Below, in pieces: positions 21,011-34,919 of a stretch of DNA of 36,813 bases. Origin of the DNA: Planctomycetales bacterium (GTDB lineage: Bacteria; Planctomycetota; Phycisphaerae; SM23-33). Numbering within the stretch: position 1 is the stretch's first letter; each line of letters begins with the position of its first letter. The notes beneath the pieces were generated by a model that was not told where the DNA came from, searched no databases, and worked only from the letters and a program-made list of their open reading frames with translations. The stretch lies in NCBI GenBank assembly GCA_030642005.1, contig DAOWOP010000003.1, positions 1 through 36,813 of the forward strand, written 5' to 3'. The position numbers were made by a program, and so were the translations under genes.

Positions 21011-23638
21011 TCACTCTCGTTCGAGGTAGCAGACGGTTTTCTGCTCCATCGTGTTGGCATTGAGTTTGACGGTTACGCCGTCGCCAAGGTCGCAAGTGTC
21101 GATGACGCGGATGACCTCGTTCCATTTATCCGCTTCGTCGCCGAGTAAGTCCGCCAGGCGGCTTGGGGCGCCGGTAAAAAACTCCTCGTTTATCAGGTTG
21201 CCTTCCTTCGACGGGAACAGCGCCATATACAGCATGTCCATCTCGACCATCTCGCCGAACAGGTGCGTCCCCAGCGATACTTCCGGCACCAGTCCCTCAC
21301 GCATGGCCACTATTTCGCAGAGAATGGACACGGAACTGATGTCGGAGAAGTTTATCGGGATACCGAGTTCCGGCGAACTCGTACCCCAACGCCCCGGACC
21401 GAGCAGCATTATGGTTCCAGGTCCGTTTGGGTCGTCCCTGGCGATATGCGTGATCCGCCCCAGAAGGCGGGCGACATGATACCTCTGGCTCAGGGGTAAC
21501 AGACCATAGGCGGACGGAACGACGTAAATCATCCGATCAACATCGCTATGCCTGCTACGACCTATGACAGCGCCGCGAGCCTTAAGTACCAGGTCCCTGT
21601 CTGCGACATGTTCCGGTGGTTCGGGAACAACCGCGCCGCCCTTGTACTGGAATGGCCGGCACTGAAGCAGGTTAATCTTATATTGGTTTTCGCTGAGGAA
21701 GTTGGCGGTAAATTCCACGTCCACCGGATAGTCGTAGGCCGACTGAAGCAGTTTGAGCATTTCGCGCATATCGCCGACCATCGGCGTATCCCGCAGCAGG
21801 GACTCGAAGGTCAGTATGTATGGGAAGACGTCTTTGACGCCGCTGTCGGCCGCCCGTCGGGCCAGTTCCTCGCTGCGCGATGCGAACAGGTCAATCGGCA
21901 GGTCCGAACTCTGCCCGCCCACACTGGAAAATCTGGCCGAGACCAGTCGGCTCGCATTCAGGTCCAGCACATCGACTTTTTTCTGAGTACACTGACAAAC
22001 CTCGTCGAAGTTGGACTCAGGCCTTCTGGCCGGAGCGTTCAAGGCCACGACTCTTGTATAGTCGTCGTCGTGGCGATCGACCGCCCGCGTACCAAGCCCA
22101 AAGACCAGCCTTAAAACGCCCGCCGACGGGTCGATGTCCCTGCTCCAGACGTAAGGGTTGAATGAAAGCCCCACGCCGGCAACCTGAGGGTAATAGAATT
22201 CGTTATAGGCCGCACCGGAAACTCTCTGGACAAGAACGGCCATCTGCTCGTCGCCGCCGAGGAGTCCCCGCTGGGCGCGGTAAGTCAGAGCCTTCTCGCT
22301 CATCGTGCTGGCATAGACCGTGCGAACCGCCGAGAGGAAATTCTCCAGACGCCTGTCTCTCGATCCCTGATTCACACAGAATACGCTCTCGTACTTGCCG
22401 GCGAATGCGTTGCCGAAATTGTCCTCCAGCAGACTGGAAGAGCGAACGATAATGGGCGACTGCCCGAAGTAATCCAGCATATCGGTAAACTGCTTTATGA
22501 TGTATTCAGGGAACGTTCCGTCCAGCATCTTCCCGCGGGCGGTTTCCGCGCCGTCAAGGAACGTTTCAGGGTCTTTCTGCTTCTGCTTCATCCACCAAAG
22601 CCCGTTCTGGACGAGATAGGTGTAGAAAACATCCGATCCGATGAAGAAACTGTCGTGCGGCTCCAGAATCTCATTCCATCGCGGATTCATTTTCTTCAGA
22701 ATGGCCCGCGCCAGGAGCATTCCGACCGTCTTTCCGCCGAGCAGGCCCGTCCCGATCATTCGCCGGCGAATTTCAAGAATGTCCGAAAGGTCCAGAAATC
22801 CGGAAGCCAGATCGAGAATCCGCCCGTCCCTGGCGATTGCCATGCGAAGTAATCGATGGACAAAGGCGTCCACGTCTTCACCAGGATCTTCGCCGCGATC
22901 CAGGGCCAACTGCAACCGCTCGGCATGAGCGAAGGTACTGCTCCAGAACCCGAGTCGGTAACTGGCGCTGTCAAGCCGGCTCCACGGAACGGTTCCGAGA
23001 ACCTCGGTAATTGTAACGCTCTGTCTAACCGGCAGGAAATCATCGCCGGCCCAGACGTGCAGTACGTACATACTGTGCGAATGACGGTGCTGGACCTTGA
23101 GCGGATGAACGTAAAGCCTGCCTTCGTGACGATAAACGTCCACCAGAACCTGGGTGGTGTTCGTGATGGGACTGGTGGCGTGGAACGAATGGTTGTTCCT
23201 GAGCACTGCGAAATAGGCGACCGCTGCGTGGTCGTGCAGGTACGGGCATGTCAGCATGAAGAAGTTGCCGAGCATCCGGTCGCTGCACCAGTCCCCGGCA
23301 AGGTCGGACAGGCAGTCAAACAGATAATAACCGCCCTGACCGGCGTCGCTGATAACCTGGTGTATTTCAGTTATGAACTGCTCGAATCCCGCCTCGGGAT
23401 CGAGCTGGTGTACCTCCGCGCCGCTTTCGACGGACACTAGAGGTTGGTGCCTGGCGAAACGAAAGTAGATAGCCCTCTGACCGCTCCGCGCTGCGTTTCG
23501 GCAGTACGGTTCGACGAAGGGTTGATAGTCGTCAACTGAGTCAACCTGCCAGACGACATTGTCGCCGGGTATCAGGCCTTTCAGCACACTGTCCAGACCC
23601 GCAAGACCTGTGCTGAGACTATCGCCAATCGTCGTCAT
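21011..23638 (-). CDS. PEP/pyruvate-binding (PPDK_N ATP-grasp) domain protein with degenerate KaiC/RecA-like N-terminus; function unknown
   Basis: GGKTVG, VRSSSLLED..FAGKYES, MAVLVQ, FGLG, PVDVEF, LLQCRP; N-terminal STGLAGLDSVLKG. ATG 23638 follows GGAG. Confidence 0.85.
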   Translation of the reverse strand: MTTIGDSLSTGLAGLDSVLKGLIPGDNVVWQVDSVDDYQPFVEPYCRNAARSGQRAIYFRFARHQPLVSVESGAEVHQLDPEAGFEQFITEIHQVISDAGQGGYYLFDCLSDLAGDWCSDRMLGNFFMLTCPYLHDHAAVAYFAVLRNNHSFHATSPITNTTQVLVDVYRHEGRLYVHPLKVQHRHSHSMYVLHVWAGDDFLPVRQSVTITEVLGTVPWSRLDSASYRLGFWSSTFAHAERLQLALDRGEDPGEDVDAFVHRLLRMAIARDGRILDLASGFLDLSDILEIRRRMIGTGLLGGKTVGMLLARAILKKMNPRWNEILEPHDSFFIGSDVFYTYLVQNGLWWMKQKQKDPETFLDGAETARGKMLDGTFPEYIIKQFTDMLDYFGQSPIIVRSSSLLEDNFGNAFAGKYESVFCVNQGSRDRRLENFLSAVRTVYASTMSEKALTYRAQRGLLGGDEQMAVLVQRVSGAAYNEFYYPQVAGVGLSFNPYVWSRDIDPSAGVLRLVFGLGTRAVDRHDDDYTRVVALNAPARRPESNFDEVCQCTQKKVDVLDLNASRLVSARFSSVGGQSSDLPIDLFASRSEELARRAADSGVKDVFPYILTFESLLRDTPMVGDMREMLKLLQSAYDYPVDVEFTANFLSENQYKINLLQCRPFQYKGGAVVPEPPEHVADRDLVLKARGAVIGRSRHSDVDRMIYVVPSAYGLLPLSQRYHVARLLGRITHIARDDPNGPGTIMLLGPGRWGTSSPELGIPINFSDISSVSILCEIVAMREGLVPEVSLGTHLFGEMVEMDMLYMALFPSKEGNLINEEFFTGAPSRLADLLGDEADKWNEVIRVIDTCDLGDGVTVKLNANTMEQKTVCYLERE

Positions 23639-23773
23639 GACACACTCCAACTTCCCAGGCTGCTTTGCCGATAACAACCAGGTAAAGACCCGCACGAATC
23701 ACTGATTCTTAACCTACAACGTATCCGCGTCTTTTCCAAGACCGTTCATCAGTTCTTTATTTTTGTTTCATTC

Positions 23774-23789
23774 TGCCCGTATGCGGGCA
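23774..23789. terminator. GC hairpin, possible terminator
   Basis: TGCCCG-tatg-CGGGCA beside an A/T-rich tract, just outside the left att repeat. Confidence 0.35.
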
Positions 23790-23914
23790 AGACTGCTGTG
23801 ACGGGGCAGATGTTCGTTCAGGCGATATTGGCTGCGACTGGCAACGACAGACCCCGAGGGACCAACGGAGGCCAATGCTCGGAAAAAACCGGACACGCAA
23901 AACAAACTCCGCCT

Positions 23915-24045
23915 AACCCCGCCCCGTCGGCCGATTCGCCATATGCCTGCGCCATTTGTGCGACGGTATAGCCGTCTAAGGAAGAAAAATCCAACGACGG
24001 ATCGAGCGGCATCGTCGGGTTAGTCGGATTGCCCCACCGAGCGTT
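23915..24045 (-). pseudogene. Fragment of a probable cell-surface (PEP-CTERM-type) protein
   Basis: Reads WGNPTNPTMPLDPSLDFSSLDGYTVAQMAQAYGESADGAG. Resemblance to PVC-bacteria surface proteins is from memory; boundaries approximate. Confidence 0.35.
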
Positions 24046-24159
24046 AGTAACCCGTAGTCGGCCCGCCTGCCGATTTGCGGGCAGGTAATCAGTATCCTGG
24101 AATGAGACCGGACATGAGCATTTTTGACCGACTACTGACTACTGGTTACAGGCTACTAA

Positions 24160-24570
24160 TTATTTCAGATCGAACAGTTCGTTAGAATCCGATCCGAACC
24201 ACCCCAGACCGACTTTTTCAGCCTCCTCGGCCGAGATATTCGAGTGACTCTGGTATTTGTCGGTAAAAGTCATCTTTTCCCAACTGACATGTCCGTCACC
24301 CCAAACCACGTTTGTTGTGTCAAGATGGCGAAAATGGATTGTCGGGTTGGGTCGGCTGGTGCTGGGTGGTCCGCCGGCTTCGAAATGCCAGTACGGAGTC
24401 TTGCAGAAGGAATACTCGATCATCTGACTACCGCTCTGCATGAAGGCGGTATCGGTGAACATGATGGTCTCGCCGGCGCAGGCAACGTCTGAATCGCGGG
24501 CACTGTGTAAATATCCGTCGAAGCCGTACTTATCATACCGCCCGCCGATGTAGGTGTCGTTGTATCCATA
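24160..24570 (-). pseudogene. 5'-truncated prepilin-type H-X9-DG domain protein
   Basis: YGYNDTYIGG..MFTDTA..IEYSF..HFRHLDTTNVVWGDGHV. The frame extends upstream of ORF 24462, but no prepilin N-terminus is present. Confidence 0.75.
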
Positions 24571-24659
24571 GTCGTTGCTATTCGGCCGAGTACCGTGACG
24601 CGACCGGCAGGCAAATCTGCGAAAGCCTCAGCACACGGAGTCGGCTCGAAGCCCGCCGG

Positions 24660-25801
<1,142 letters not shown>

Positions 25802-25815
25802 GGAGTTTAGCATCT

Positions 25816-25887
25816 AGCGTTCAGCAATCAGCATTCAGCCGGCAGGCGTGCCGCGGCCTGATCGCTGACTGCTGATTGCTGAACGCT
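25816..25887. repeat. 24-bp inverted repeat built of heptamers, upstream of the tRNA
   Basis: agcgttcagcaatcagcattcagc (25816-25839) vs gctgactgctgattgctgaacgct (25864-25887), one mismatch. Confidence 0.85.
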
Positions 25888-26001
25888 GAATAGTATCGGC
25901 AATAACGCCGGATAATGCAAGCCCAATCTCCATCGTGGTTTTTCTGAAACATCCGTTGCTTTTTAGCAACATTGCTTCCGATACGCACCGATATTCCATC
26001 T

Positions 26002-26991
26002 ATGACGCATTTCGAGAAGATCATCGGGCAGGATTATCGGATGGCGAAGGTCTTCGACCTTATCGACGCCGTCGCCGACAGTAAGGCTACCGTCCTGATT
26101 ACCGGCGAGTCGGGTACCGGCAAGAGCCTGGTGGCGCGGGCGATTCACGATCGCAGCGGGCGGAGGGAAAAACCCTTCGTGGAGGTTTCCTGCGGCGCGC
26201 TGCCGGAGATGCTGCTGGAGAGCGAACTGTTCGGGCACGTGCGGGGGGCTTTCACCGACGCCTTCGGCGACCGCGAGGGCAAATTCGCCGCCGCCGACGA
26301 CGGGACGATCTTCCTCGATGAGATTTCCACGGCCTCGCCGGGCCTGCAATTCAAACTCCTGCGAGTTCTCCAGGAGCGGACGTTCGAACCTGTCGGCTCG
26401 AACCGCACGCAGACCGTCGATGTCCGTGTAATCGTGGCGACCAACCGCGACCTGTGGCGGGACGTCGGGTCGGAGCGGTTCCGGCAGGACTTGTACTACC
26501 GCGTCAACGTCGTCAACGTGGAACTGCCGCCGCTGCGGGAGAGGGGTGAGGACATCGCACTGCTGGCTGAACACTTCCTCCGACGCTACGAGCGGGAAAA
26601 CTCTCGAAGTATCCTCGGATTCACCGACGACTGTCTGGACGCACTGAATTCCTACCCCTGGCCCGGAAACGTGCGCGAGTTGGCCAACTGCATCGAGCGG
26701 GCCGTTGTATTGTGTCGCAGCAACCGGATTGACATGGGCGATCTTCCCCCAGCCGTTGCCGTGGTGCTCCAGCCGATAGCGGCGGCGGCGGCAGACCAGA
26801 CCGTTCCGGTTACGCCGGTGGGTCCAAACTCTGCCCGGACACTCGCCGAAGCGCTCGCCAAGCCGGAAAAGCAAATCATCCGCGCCGCTCTGGCAGCCCA
26901 CGGCGGGCATAGGCAGGCCACCGCCCACGCACTTGGCATCAACCGCTGCACACTCTACAAGAAAATGAAGAAGTACGGCCTGATGCGGTAA
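26002..26991 (+). CDS. Sigma54-dependent activator with AAA+ and HTH only (no sensory domain)
   Basis: [55 protein letters not shown]. Confidence 0.9.
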   Translation: MTHFEKIIGQDYRMAKVFDLIDAVADSKATVLITGESGTGKSLVARAIHDRSGRREKPFVEVSCGALPEMLLESELFGHVRGAFTDAFGDREGKFAAADDGTIFLDEISTASPGLQFKLLRVLQERTFEPVGSNRTQTVDVRVIVATNRDLWRDVGSERFRQDLYYRVNVVNVELPPLRERGEDIALLAEHFLRRYERENSRSILGFTDDCLDALNSYPWPGNVRELANCIERAVVLCRSNRIDMGDLPPAVAVVLQPIAAAAADQTVPVTPVGPNSARTLAEALAKPEKQIIRAALAAHGGHRQATAHALGINRCTLYKKMKKYGLMR

Positions 26992-27071
26992 AAAAACATC
27001 TCGTGCAATCCCTGCATCTCTGCTAATCTTTGCTATCAGTAACGGATCGAAATCACCTGTGGAGATGGGAT

Positions 27072-27410
27072 ATGAAGATACAGCAAGCCGATGCTGTTGA
27101 AGCCAAGACCGTTGGGATCGAAGGCGCCGAGGGCGTAACGATGCGCATGCTCATCGGCCCGGACGACGGCGCGCCCAATTTCAATATGCGACTCTTCGAG
27201 GTATCTCCCGGCGGCTGTACGCCGCGACATACGCATGACTGGGAGCACGAGGTGTATGTTCTGTCCGGCGTCGGCGTCGTCCTGGATGACGGGGAGGAAC
27301 GCCCGATTTCAACCGGCGATTGCGTCTATGTGCCGCCGGACGAGGACCACCAGTTCCGTAACACCGGCGGCGAAAATCTCAAGTTCCTGTGTCTCGTACC
27401 GAAAACGTAA
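27072..27410 (+). CDS. Cupin domain protein
   Basis: PGGCTPRHTHDWEHEVYVLSG and GDCVYVPPDEDHQFRN cupin motifs; GGAG upstream of ATG 27072. Confidence 0.9.
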   Translation: MKIQQADAVEAKTVGIEGAEGVTMRMLIGPDDGAPNFNMRLFEVSPGGCTPRHTHDWEHEVYVLSGVGVVLDDGEERPISTGDCVYVPPDEDHQFRNTGGENLKFLCLVPKT

Positions 27411-27420
27411 TAAAGAAAAA

Positions 27421-29616
<2,196 letters not shown>

Positions 29617-29618
29617 AA

Positions 29619-29693
29619 CTAACACAGTGCTGCGAAACTCAGCACTATGAACAGGATCATCTTCAACTTTCGCCTGATAACTTGTCTTGACAT
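29619..29693 (-). CDS. Candidate 24-aa basic-hydrophobic peptide MSRQVIRRKLKMILFIVLSFAALC
   Basis: ATG 29693, TAG 29621-29619, SD GAGGTGA 5 nt upstream, extended -10-like TGgTAATAT at 29739-29731. Confidence 0.5.
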   Translation of the reverse strand: MSRQVIRRKLKMILFIVLSFAALC

Positions 29694-29977
29694 GATTGAT
29701 CACCTCTCGCGGCAATCTCTTTCTATCAATATATTACCACGGAAAGGCTGAATTGCATAGGGGGAAAATCGAGATGCAAACCCTTGGCTGCCAAGAGTTT
29801 CGGCAGTTATTAAGATAGGTAAAAAATAACGATATTACGGGATCGAAGCGAACGCCCTTACAATCCGTGGGTGAGAACTCCCGCGTGTTTCTCGCACCGG
29901 CGATTGACCTTCCAATTGCTTCCTGATAGCATCCTCCGCTCGTTCACCGGCGTCGTCGAAATGAAAGGAAACGGGCA

Positions 29978-31098
29978 ATGAAAACGCATGTTGTAACACT
30001 GATTACGGGTGATGGTGTTGGGCCTGAACTTGCCGAGGCTGCGAAGCGGTGCGTCGAGGCGGCGCTGGAGAAGACCCCAGACGCCGGCGGCATCGAATGG
30101 AAGGTATGCCAGGCCGGTCTGGACGTGATGGAAACCGATGGCACGCCAATGCCCGAAGCGACCATCGAGTCGGTCCGCAATACCGATGCGACACTCAAGG
30201 CCCCCGTTACGACGCCCATCGGCAAGGGTTTTCGGTCGGTCAACGTCCTGTTGCGACAGACGCTCGACCTGTACGCCTGCCTCCGCCCGTGCAAGTCTTA
30301 CCCCGGCGTCCGCAGCCGATACGACCACATCGACCTCGTCGTCGTCCGCGAGAACACCGAAGACCTCTACGCCGGCGTGGAGTTCGAAAAGGGCCTGCCG
30401 GAAACAGCCGAGGTAATCGAGGCAGTCAACCGCCTCTCGACCGACAAGAAAATCAGGACTGATCCTGCGACCACAGGCGTGTCCATCAAACCCATCAGCG
30501 TTGAAAATTCCGAGCGGATCGTCCGTTTCGCCTTCGACTACGCCCGCGCCAACGGCCGGCGGAAAGTAACCGCCGTTCACAAGGCCAATATAATGAAATT
30601 CTCCGACGGCCTGTTCAAAGAGGTAGCCGAGCGCGTCGCCGCCGATTACACCGACGTCGAATACGAAGAGCGACTGATCGACAATATGTGCATGCAACTG
30701 GTCCAGAAGCCCGAACTCTACGACGTAATCGTCCTTCCGAACCTTTACGGGGACATCCTCTCGGACCTTTGCGCCGGCCTGGCCGGCGGGCTGGGCGTGG
30801 CCCCGGGCGCGAACATCGGCGACAGCGGGGCGGTCTTCGAGGCCACCCACGGCAGCGCACCCAAGTACAAGGGCCTCAACAAGGTCAACCCGACCGCATT
30901 AATACTTTCGGGTGTCCTGATGCTCCGGCACCTCGGCGAGCGCGCCGCCGCTGATAATCTCGAAGCCGCCGTCGCCGCCGTCATCGCCGAAGGCAAATCC
31001 GTTACATACGACATGAAGCCCAACCGCGACGACCCCTCCGCCGTCGGCACCAGCGAAATGGCCGACGCGATAATTGAGAAGATAGGGATTAGGGACTA

Positions 31099-31099
<1 letters not shown>
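29978..31099 (+). CDS. icd: Isocitrate/isopropylmalate dehydrogenase family, likely NAD-dependent isocitrate dehydrogenase
   Basis: [57 protein letters not shown]. Confidence 0.8.
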
Positions 31100-32320
<1,221 letters not shown>

Positions 32321-32431
32321 TAGGGACTAGGGACTAGGGGGAAAACCGGAATGCCGGAATACCTTTCCAAGCCCACTTTACTGCGCTGCGTGGGCTTTTT
32401 CCTGCGTGCGAAAACGGTTACTATATCCGCG

Positions 32432-33412
32432 ATGAATTGTGTCATTGGAAAGATCATGGCGTCGCCTTATGCGGGTTTTATGCGTCTGCGGCGGTGGGCG
32501 TATCGTAAGGGTTTCAGGAAGAGTTACGCCGTCGATGTACCTGTTATCTGCGTGGGCAATATCACCGTCGGCGGGACGGGTAAGACGCCGATGGTCGTAT
32601 GGGTCGTCGAGCGTTTGAAAGAGGCGGGGCGCAAGCCCGCGATCCTTACCCGTGGCTACAAGGCTGTCGCCGGCAGGAGCGATGAGGCCGAACTGCTCAA
32701 GCAGTCAACGGGTGTGCCTGTAATCGTCAATCCCGATCGCGCAAGCGGCGCGCGCGAGGCTGTCGCCGGCACCGCCGACGTATTGGTCATGGACGACGGT
32801 TTTCAGCACATGCGTATCCGCCGGGATTTGGACATTGTACTTATCGACGCGACCAGGCCCTTCGGCGGCGGGGCGTGTCTTCCCATCGGTCGGCTGCGAG
32901 AGCCGCTCTCGGCCTTGCGGGATGCCGATGTGATTGTCATCACGCGCAGCGACGCTGCAGCGGCGGAGAAATTAGAGAATCTTCACGAGCGGCTTGGCCG
33001 CTTAGCGCCGCAGGCTTCGATTCACACTGCCGTTCACAAACCGATTAAGGTCATCGACGAAAATGACAATGAGTTGCCGCTCGACGCTCTTTCCGGGCGA
33101 AAGGTCTGCGCATTCTGTGGCCTCGGCAATCCCGAAGGTTTTTTTGCTACGCTGTCCGAAATAGGCGCTCGTATTGCCGGAAGGGTCGTTTTCGGTGATC
33201 ACATTGCTTACAGCCTGTCCGAGATGGAACAGATAACTGTCGCAGCCGGCGCATCAGAGGTCGATATACTCGTTACCACCGCCAAGGATCGCGTCAAAAT
33301 CGACAATCCCGTTTCTTTACCGCTGCCGTTATGGACGCTTGAAGTTCAGATGCAGATAACCGAAGGCGAGCAGACGCTTATAGATAAGATACTCCAAACA
33401 TTGCAACTCTGA
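32432..33412 (+). CDS. lpxK: Tetraacyldisaccharide 4'-kinase
   Basis: PVICVGNITVGGTGKTP, ILTRGY, SDEA, DDGFQH, GRLREP, TTAKD. Start uncertain (32351-32456). Confidence 0.93.
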   Translation: MNCVIGKIMASPYAGFMRLRRWAYRKGFRKSYAVDVPVICVGNITVGGTGKTPMVVWVVERLKEAGRKPAILTRGYKAVAGRSDEAELLKQSTGVPVIVNPDRASGAREAVAGTADVLVMDDGFQHMRIRRDLDIVLIDATRPFGGGACLPIGRLREPLSALRDADVIVITRSDAAAAEKLENLHERLGRLAPQASIHTAVHKPIKVIDENDNELPLDALSGRKVCAFCGLGNPEGFFATLSEIGARIAGRVVFGDHIAYSLSEMEQITVAAGASEVDILVTTAKDRVKIDNPVSLPLPLWTLEVQMQITEGEQTLIDKILQTLQL

Positions 33413-33436
33413 CGAAGCGATTGTAGAATCCTTCTC

Positions 33437-34912
33437 ATGCACCATCTGATAGAGATCGTTGAGCATTTTACCCATCCGAAGGTCGCTTTGATTGGCGATT
33501 ATATGCTGGACCGTTACGTTCGCGGCGACACGGAGCGGATCAGCCCCGAAGCGCCGGTTCCGGTTTTTCGCGTCCTGGGGCGTGAGTCCCGTCCCGGCGG
33601 GGCGGGCAGCGTGGCGATGAATATCCTGGCCCTCGGCGGGCGGGTCAATTGCATCGGCGTGGTCGGGCAGGACGCCGTCGGCGATGAACTGATGGGCATA
33701 CTTTCGTCGTCGGGTGCTGAAACCGCCGCTCTGACACGCCTTCCGGGCAGGCCTACGACGCTCAAGCAGCGTCTGGTCGGTCTGGCCCAGCATCGTCATC
33801 GCCAGCAGATTCTCCGCATGGATGAAGAGTCTTCCGACCCGTTGCCGAAGTCCGTCGCCGCGACGCTTCGCGCTTCGCTGCGGTCGGCGCTGACGGATTG
33901 CCAGGCGGTGGCGATGGAAGATTACGACAAGGGTATTTTTACCGATTTGACCACGCCGCAGTTGATAGCCGACGCCCGGTCGGCGGGCGTGCCTGTGGTG
34001 GTCGATCCCGCCCGCATCGGCGATTACCGCCGTTATCGCGGCGCGACGCTGCTGACGCCGAACCGATATGAAGCCGCTCTTGCCAGCGGCGTCGAAATAA
34101 CCGATTCCGATTCGCTGGAGCGGGCGGCCAGGCAGATAATCCAGACTACCGCCGCCGAGGCCTTGATGATTACGCTCGATAAGGAAGGTGTGTATCTGGC
34201 TCGTGCCGACGGCGAAAGCCGGATTGTCCCGACCCGCCCGCGAGCGGTCTATGACGTAGCCGGAGCCGGTGACGCCGTCCTTGCGATGCTGGCGGTGGCC
34301 TTGGCCGGCGGGTGCGAGGCTGAAGACGCCGCAGCGCTTGCCAATGTCGCCGGCGGGCTGGAGGTCGAACGCTTCGGCGTCGTGCCGGTCTCCAAAGATG
34401 AAGTCCTCGACGAACTTCGCCGGACGCTGGGCCTTCGCGGCGGAAAGGTAATCAACCGAAAGCGCCTCGCCCGCGAGATCACCCGCCGACGCCGCAACGG
34501 CGAAACAATCGTCTTTACCAACGGCTGCTTCGACCTGCTGCACGCCGGGCACGTCCGCTACCTTCGGCAGGCGCGGGAACTCGGCTTGTGCCTGATAGTA
34601 GCGATCAATTCCGACGACAGCGTCCGCCGCCTCAAAGGCCCGGGCAGGCCCGTCATCGGCGCCGACGAACGGGCGGAGATGCTCGGCGCGCTGGAATGTG
34701 TCGATTACGTTACCATCTTCGACGAAGATACGCCCGAGCCGCTGCTGGAGATGCTCAAGCCCGACATCCTCGCAAAGGGCGGAACGACGCCCGTGGTCGT
34801 CGGAGCCGAAATCGTCGAAGCCTACGGCGGAAAGGTCCTGACACTTGATATGGTCGAAGGCGCCAGCACCACCGAGATAATCAATCGGATAGTGAACAAC
34901 GCCGACGCCTGA
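33437..34912 (+). CDS. hldE: Bifunctional heptose-7-phosphate kinase / heptose-1-phosphate adenylyltransferase
   Basis: RISPEAPVPV, LTPNRYE, DVAGAGD, FTNGCFDLLHAGH, NSDDSVRRLKG. Confidence 0.96.
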   Translation: MHHLIEIVEHFTHPKVALIGDYMLDRYVRGDTERISPEAPVPVFRVLGRESRPGGAGSVAMNILALGGRVNCIGVVGQDAVGDELMGILSSSGAETAALTRLPGRPTTLKQRLVGLAQHRHRQQILRMDEESSDPLPKSVAATLRASLRSALTDCQAVAMEDYDKGIFTDLTTPQLIADARSAGVPVVVDPARIGDYRRYRGATLLTPNRYEAALASGVEITDSDSLERAARQIIQTTAAEALMITLDKEGVYLARADGESRIVPTRPRAVYDVAGAGDAVLAMLAVALAGGCEAEDAAALANVAGGLEVERFGVVPVSKDEVLDELRRTLGLRGGKVINRKRLAREITRRRRNGETIVFTNGCFDLLHAGHVRYLRQARELGLCLIVAINSDDSVRRLKGPGRPVIGADERAEMLGALECVDYVTIFDEDTPEPLLEMLKPDILAKGGTTPVVVGAEIVEAYGGKVLTLDMVEGASTTEIINRIVNNADA

Positions 34913-34919
34913 ACGAAAC

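Noticed and set aside
21011-23638. Annotation as ppsA/ppdK or kaiC
   Set aside because: Lacks the PEP/pyruvate barrel, the canonical TSH swivel motif and a Walker A motif.
23818-24012. Intact 64-aa gene
   Set aside because: The ORF crosses the proposed att repeat; only its first part looks protein-like, so it is treated as a fragment.
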